A stretch of DNA of 36,241 bases from Nemertoderma westbladi. Lineage: Eukaryota; Animalia; Xenacoelomorpha. Location of the stretch: the NCBI GenBank assembly GCA_032718475.1, contig JAUCBJ010006890.1, positions 1 to 36,241 on the forward strand, given 5' to 3'. Made by a program: the position numbers and the translations under genes. A model generated the notes under the pieces. It saw only the letters and a list, made by a program, of their open reading frames with translations, searched no databases and was not told the origin of the DNA. Positions 32,819-36,241 of this stretch are shown here, piece by piece (the stretch's first letter is position 1; every line of letters begins with the position of its first letter).

Positions 32819-33127
32819 GTTGGAACGCTGCCGCTCCTGGGGCCCAATGGGACCCGGCACAGGCCCAGGCCTACCAACAACAACAGCAGCAGTGGGGCGA
32901 ATACTGGGCCCAGTGGCACCAATGGAACCAACAGCAACAGGCATGGGCCGCCAGTCAAGGCCAACAAACTGCTGTCCCATCGGTTGCCCAGCAACCCTGG
33001 ACTGGAGACTCGACCAGCTACCCCGCCTATCAACAGCCGACCAGTGACCCTGCCGCCACACAGCCGCAGTACGGCAGTCAGCCACCCGGCTATGGCTACA
33101 CCCAGCCCCCACCACAGTCGGCACAGG
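32819..33127 (+). CDS. hnRNP D/AB/squid-like, exon 6 (Q/W/P/A-rich low-complexity domain); gene continues downstream
   Basis: Acceptor tatttag|, phase 1, reading GWNAAAPGAQWDPAQAQAYQQQQQQWGEYWAQWHQWNQQQQAW..QYGSQPPGYGYTQPPPQSAQ. Consensus donor G|gtaagt at 33128; no stop. Confidence 0.82.
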
Positions 33128-33621
33128 GTAAGTAGTTTACTAGCTTATACTTTATACTGTGCTCAGTGTGCTCAAGTATGGACATTCTGGCCATCCAAAC
33201 AGGTGCCACCCCCCCCCCCCCCCATGTTATGTTCGATCCCATGTTAGAGCAGCTGTGTGCCACGTGTTCTAAATGGTGCAACCCAGCAGCGTAGTTAGAT
33301 TATAGGTATAGGTACAGCTAAGAATAACAGTTGTTCATATAATTCACAACAAACTATCATTGGTATTTTGGTTAAATGGGGGGTTCGTATTACTGTACAA
33401 CAACTCTTATCTTATATTAAAACTCCGCTTCGTTTCAAAATGAAAATAGGTGATTTTGTTAATTATTAGGCAATTAAGGTGATTCGGTAGGGAGAAACAA
33501 CAGAACAGAAAACACTTTTTCGTTTAAGTTATTTCATGAAAAATGATCCATTCCAATCTATGTTTGTTCCAGTCCAGATGCCTCCAATACATCCCCAGTT
33601 GTGTGGGTCGATATATTGTAT

Positions 33622-34941
33622 TTAAATATAATCACTTGTGTCGAGACACGAGTTTAATGTTTGTTCTGTTCCCAAGATGAAGTATCTTTGATTGTCTTCT
33701 AGCGTTCTAATAAGATCTACGCAGTCATTTTCCACCGATGTGTAAAAGCACTTCAACCAGGAAGAATACACGTCCGTACTAAGACTCCAACCCTGCTCCC
33801 CAGACAGTGCTGCTAGACCCTCGTAACGTGGTGTGGTAAACATTCTTCCTATCATGTCGAACAAACCCAAGGGATATTTTATATAGGAACCGTTAAATAT
33901 AGTAGGGATGTCAGTGCAGGTGAGGTGAGTGGCCTCCTTAATGGTGATAACGTTGCTGCTTAGCGACGCAGACCCACTGTGATCCAAAATCTTCAATTTC
34001 TTTTCGAATGTCGGAAGCCTCTCGAAGTTGCTTCTATAATGGCATTTCTCATAGTTAAGGAACATTAGCGGCTTCTCGCAGAGTTTGGACAACATTCCGG
34101 CTTCTTCATGTATCGGGAATAGCCAAGCGTCGAAACAGAAAGCGGATGAGAAACATTCGTATGTCTGCAAAGCCTTCACAACCGTGGCTCCACCGAACGA
34201 GTGCCCACATAGACTAACTCCATTACCGAAGTCCAACCTATTCCGCCATTCATCCATCACGAATTCTCGCTTATCATCGAAAGGTCGAGATATTTCGTTT
34301 AGTCGAGGCCCGGAATTCAGATTCATCAAAAGATCGACGGCACTTTTACACTCGCGACTGCGTATGCAGACTTGGGAGTTTAATACCGAGTAATTCCCCA
34401 TTTCGAATCGCGTTGGTTCACACCACTTCAACTCACCGTTAGCGTCCAGTTGTCTAGCAATGCACGCCGTGCCGTCCCCGTGCTCTATCGCGGCCACCAC
34501 GTACCCTTTGGAAGCCATTTCGGAGCAAAGTAGTGAGTAAGCTGTCCTACAGCCGCCAGTACCATGAGAAAATATAATAATGGAGAACTTCGATGGTTTG
34601 TTAATGTCGGAAATCGATGCGTTTTGAATAATCGGACATAAAGGATTGCAGGCCATCCAAGCGCCGAGTCTTCCCATCCATTGTGGGCAATCCATGCCGG
34701 ATCTTTTGTTTACGTACGCTGTTGCGTATTCCGGTTCAGGCACCCAGGTGGGCCAGCGATCCATCTGCGACATCAGATACGTTTCCTTATCTTCAATTGA
34801 GTCGTGGAAACGATGCGGATAATATAGTCGAAAGAAAATGTGTTTGTCCGCGAGATCGACACAGCCCACAGAGTAATGGCCCGATGATACAGGGAGGTAG
34901 ACACGGCCTCGGATTGTAGAGACTTTTCGTGAAGGGACCAT
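33622..34941 (-). CDS. Platelet-activating factor acetylhydrolase family lipase (PLA2G7/PAFAH2-like), intronless, 439 aa from first ATG
   Basis: GHYSVGCVD, FRLYYP, IIFSHGTGGCRTAYS, EMASKGYVVAAIEHGDGTA, nucleophile elbow GHSFGGAT, FDAWLFP, and candidate catalytic His in ATHLTCTD. First ATG at 34941. Confidence 0.9.
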   Translation of the reverse strand: MVPSRKVSTIRGRVYLPVSSGHYSVGCVDLADKHIFFRLYYPHRFHDSIEDKETYLMSQMDRWPTWVPEPEYATAYVNKRSGMDCPQWMGRLGAWMACNPLCPIIQNASISDINKPSKFSIIIFSHGTGGCRTAYSLLCSEMASKGYVVAAIEHGDGTACIARQLDANGELKWCEPTRFEMGNYSVLNSQVCIRSRECKSAVDLLMNLNSGPRLNEISRPFDDKREFVMDEWRNRLDFGNGVSLCGHSFGGATVVKALQTYECFSSAFCFDAWLFPIHEEAGMLSKLCEKPLMFLNYEKCHYRSNFERLPTFEKKLKILDHSGSASLSSNVITIKEATHLTCTDIPTIFNGSYIKYPLGLFDMIGRMFTTPRYEGLAALSGEQGWSLSTDVYSSWLKCFYTSVENDCVDLIRTLEDNQRYFILGTEQTLNSCLDTSDYI

Positions 34942-36241
34942 GTTTGAAACTGGCTTAATCAAGTTAGTGCTTGACAATAATTGTCCAAAGGTTCAACTTA
35001 TTTAAGCAAAACTTCAGTTGCTAAAACGCTACATAATATTACGCCAAGTGTTTATATAAAAATGAAAATGTAGTTAGAAATCAATATTGGCTTATTAGTA
35101 TCTTATTTAATAAATATTATTAATAAATAAAGTTTCCAGTTAACAAATAACACTGTATTATTCTTTTTTTGTATCTAACTGTACACTGTACAGTACAGTT
35201 AAGTACCTCAAACCATCATCCATATTTTCAAACTAACTATAATAATAATTACAATTTGTATATAATATTTATTTTTTTTTTTTATTTGTTTAAAATTCCG
35301 TCTTATCTTAATGATCCAATGTTCTCTATCGGTGTACATTGAACGGCATTGTTCAGTAGGCCCTACCTTTTATATCTCTATAAAATCTGAGTGCCAAGTA
35401 GTTAGAGAGTTCCAGACCGCGCTTACTTAGGATATGTCAGACATGCCAAATAATACTCTTGACGGGCTATTGATATGGATGGATCCCCAATGCCAGGACT
35501 CTGTCAAGGTAACAGACAGGGTTGGGAGATTATATGGATAGGCCTTATCAATTAATTATAATAGTTTTTATTTTGATAGCAGTCGGAATGAACTAACGAT
35601 GTAGTTACAAAAATAACTTGATGAATAATAATGATTCACATGATTTATTTTATCTTTAAATTGTTACTTTTTCGCTCGAATATACCCCAAATTCATGAGA
35701 AAAAGGATACTTTATTCCCTAGGGAAAAAACTAGAGACGGGCCTAGCGGCCCGTGAAGCTAGTCGTAGGAGACAGTACGAGTCAAGTAAAAGCTTTTTGT
35801 TCTGTCTGATAATAAATTAGTGTGAGGGTAGACCCGGTGGTGTACAACAAATTTACTAGACAACTTCAAACTATACTTATTATGTTGTAATCATCTAATG
35901 AATTATAAAAGCTGTTGTGATTATAGAAGATAAAGAGCAGTTAGCGAAATGATTATTTTGTTCTATCGGAGATAATAATAATAACAGCAGTTGTCATGAA
36001 TTCAATACAATCGCGCACAAGAAGTGATAAGACAAATTCGGTCTTATTTTTGTAATAAATAACAAGTTGAGATGTTTCAATGTAAACCGCGATTAACAAT
36101 TTACACGGTTAAATGTAAACCACGATATTAATTAAATACAACAATTATATTTTTATATAGATTTTTATATTTCAAACTATAACGTTAGCCTTATGGAGAA
36201 TCATTATTAGGCTGAGTAAACATTCAGCCTTATAAGCATAC

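Noticed and set aside
33203-33625. Candidate terminal hnRNP exons after AG at 33202 or ~33572
   Set aside because: Both give short peptides unlike the preceding domain, and the first has a weak pyrimidine tract and a poly-C run. Not supported enough to annotate, though not excluded.
34942-34977. TTG starts from the ORF track (also 7537 and 10535)
   Set aside because: Eukaryotic context; the first in-frame ATG or splice acceptor was used instead.

Overview
AT-rich animal (invertebrate-like) nuclear DNA with spliceosomal introns. Host genes: a 2-exon PKMYT1/Myt1 kinase (minus strand, 9534-11480); a divergently oriented two-RRM hnRNP D/AB/squid-like gene (plus strand, six coding exons 20038-33127, stop codon not found); and an intronless PAF-acetylhydrolase ORF (minus strand, 33622-34941) that seems to lie antisense inside or overlapping the hnRNP gene. 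The rest is dense with transposons: a nested stack at 430-8874 (RTE LINE, a long-TIR element with a 9-bp TSD, and inside it a TIR element with an intact ~1050-aa DDE transposase), a second RTE copy carrying a SINE-like insert, a CR1-type LINE inside a ~190-bp inverted repeat, and several MITEs with clear TSDs. Three things stand out. (1) The exon4/intron4 junction of the hnRNP gene is amplified into a ~2.3-kb satellite, giving roughly 60 copies of the 5' splice site; use of any downstream copy would include an in-frame stop. (2) The other end of the same 10.7-kb intron carries a 2.7-kb 24-bp satellite next to the acceptor and open in frame with exon 5. (3) TA-x-TA words (TAGGCCTA, TACTGTA, TACCTA and others) are abundant, and repeat-pair alignments inside the window show them as small insertions at TA sites, consistent with DNA-transposon excision footprints. 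All coordinates were read by hand; gene models are unverified by RNA data.
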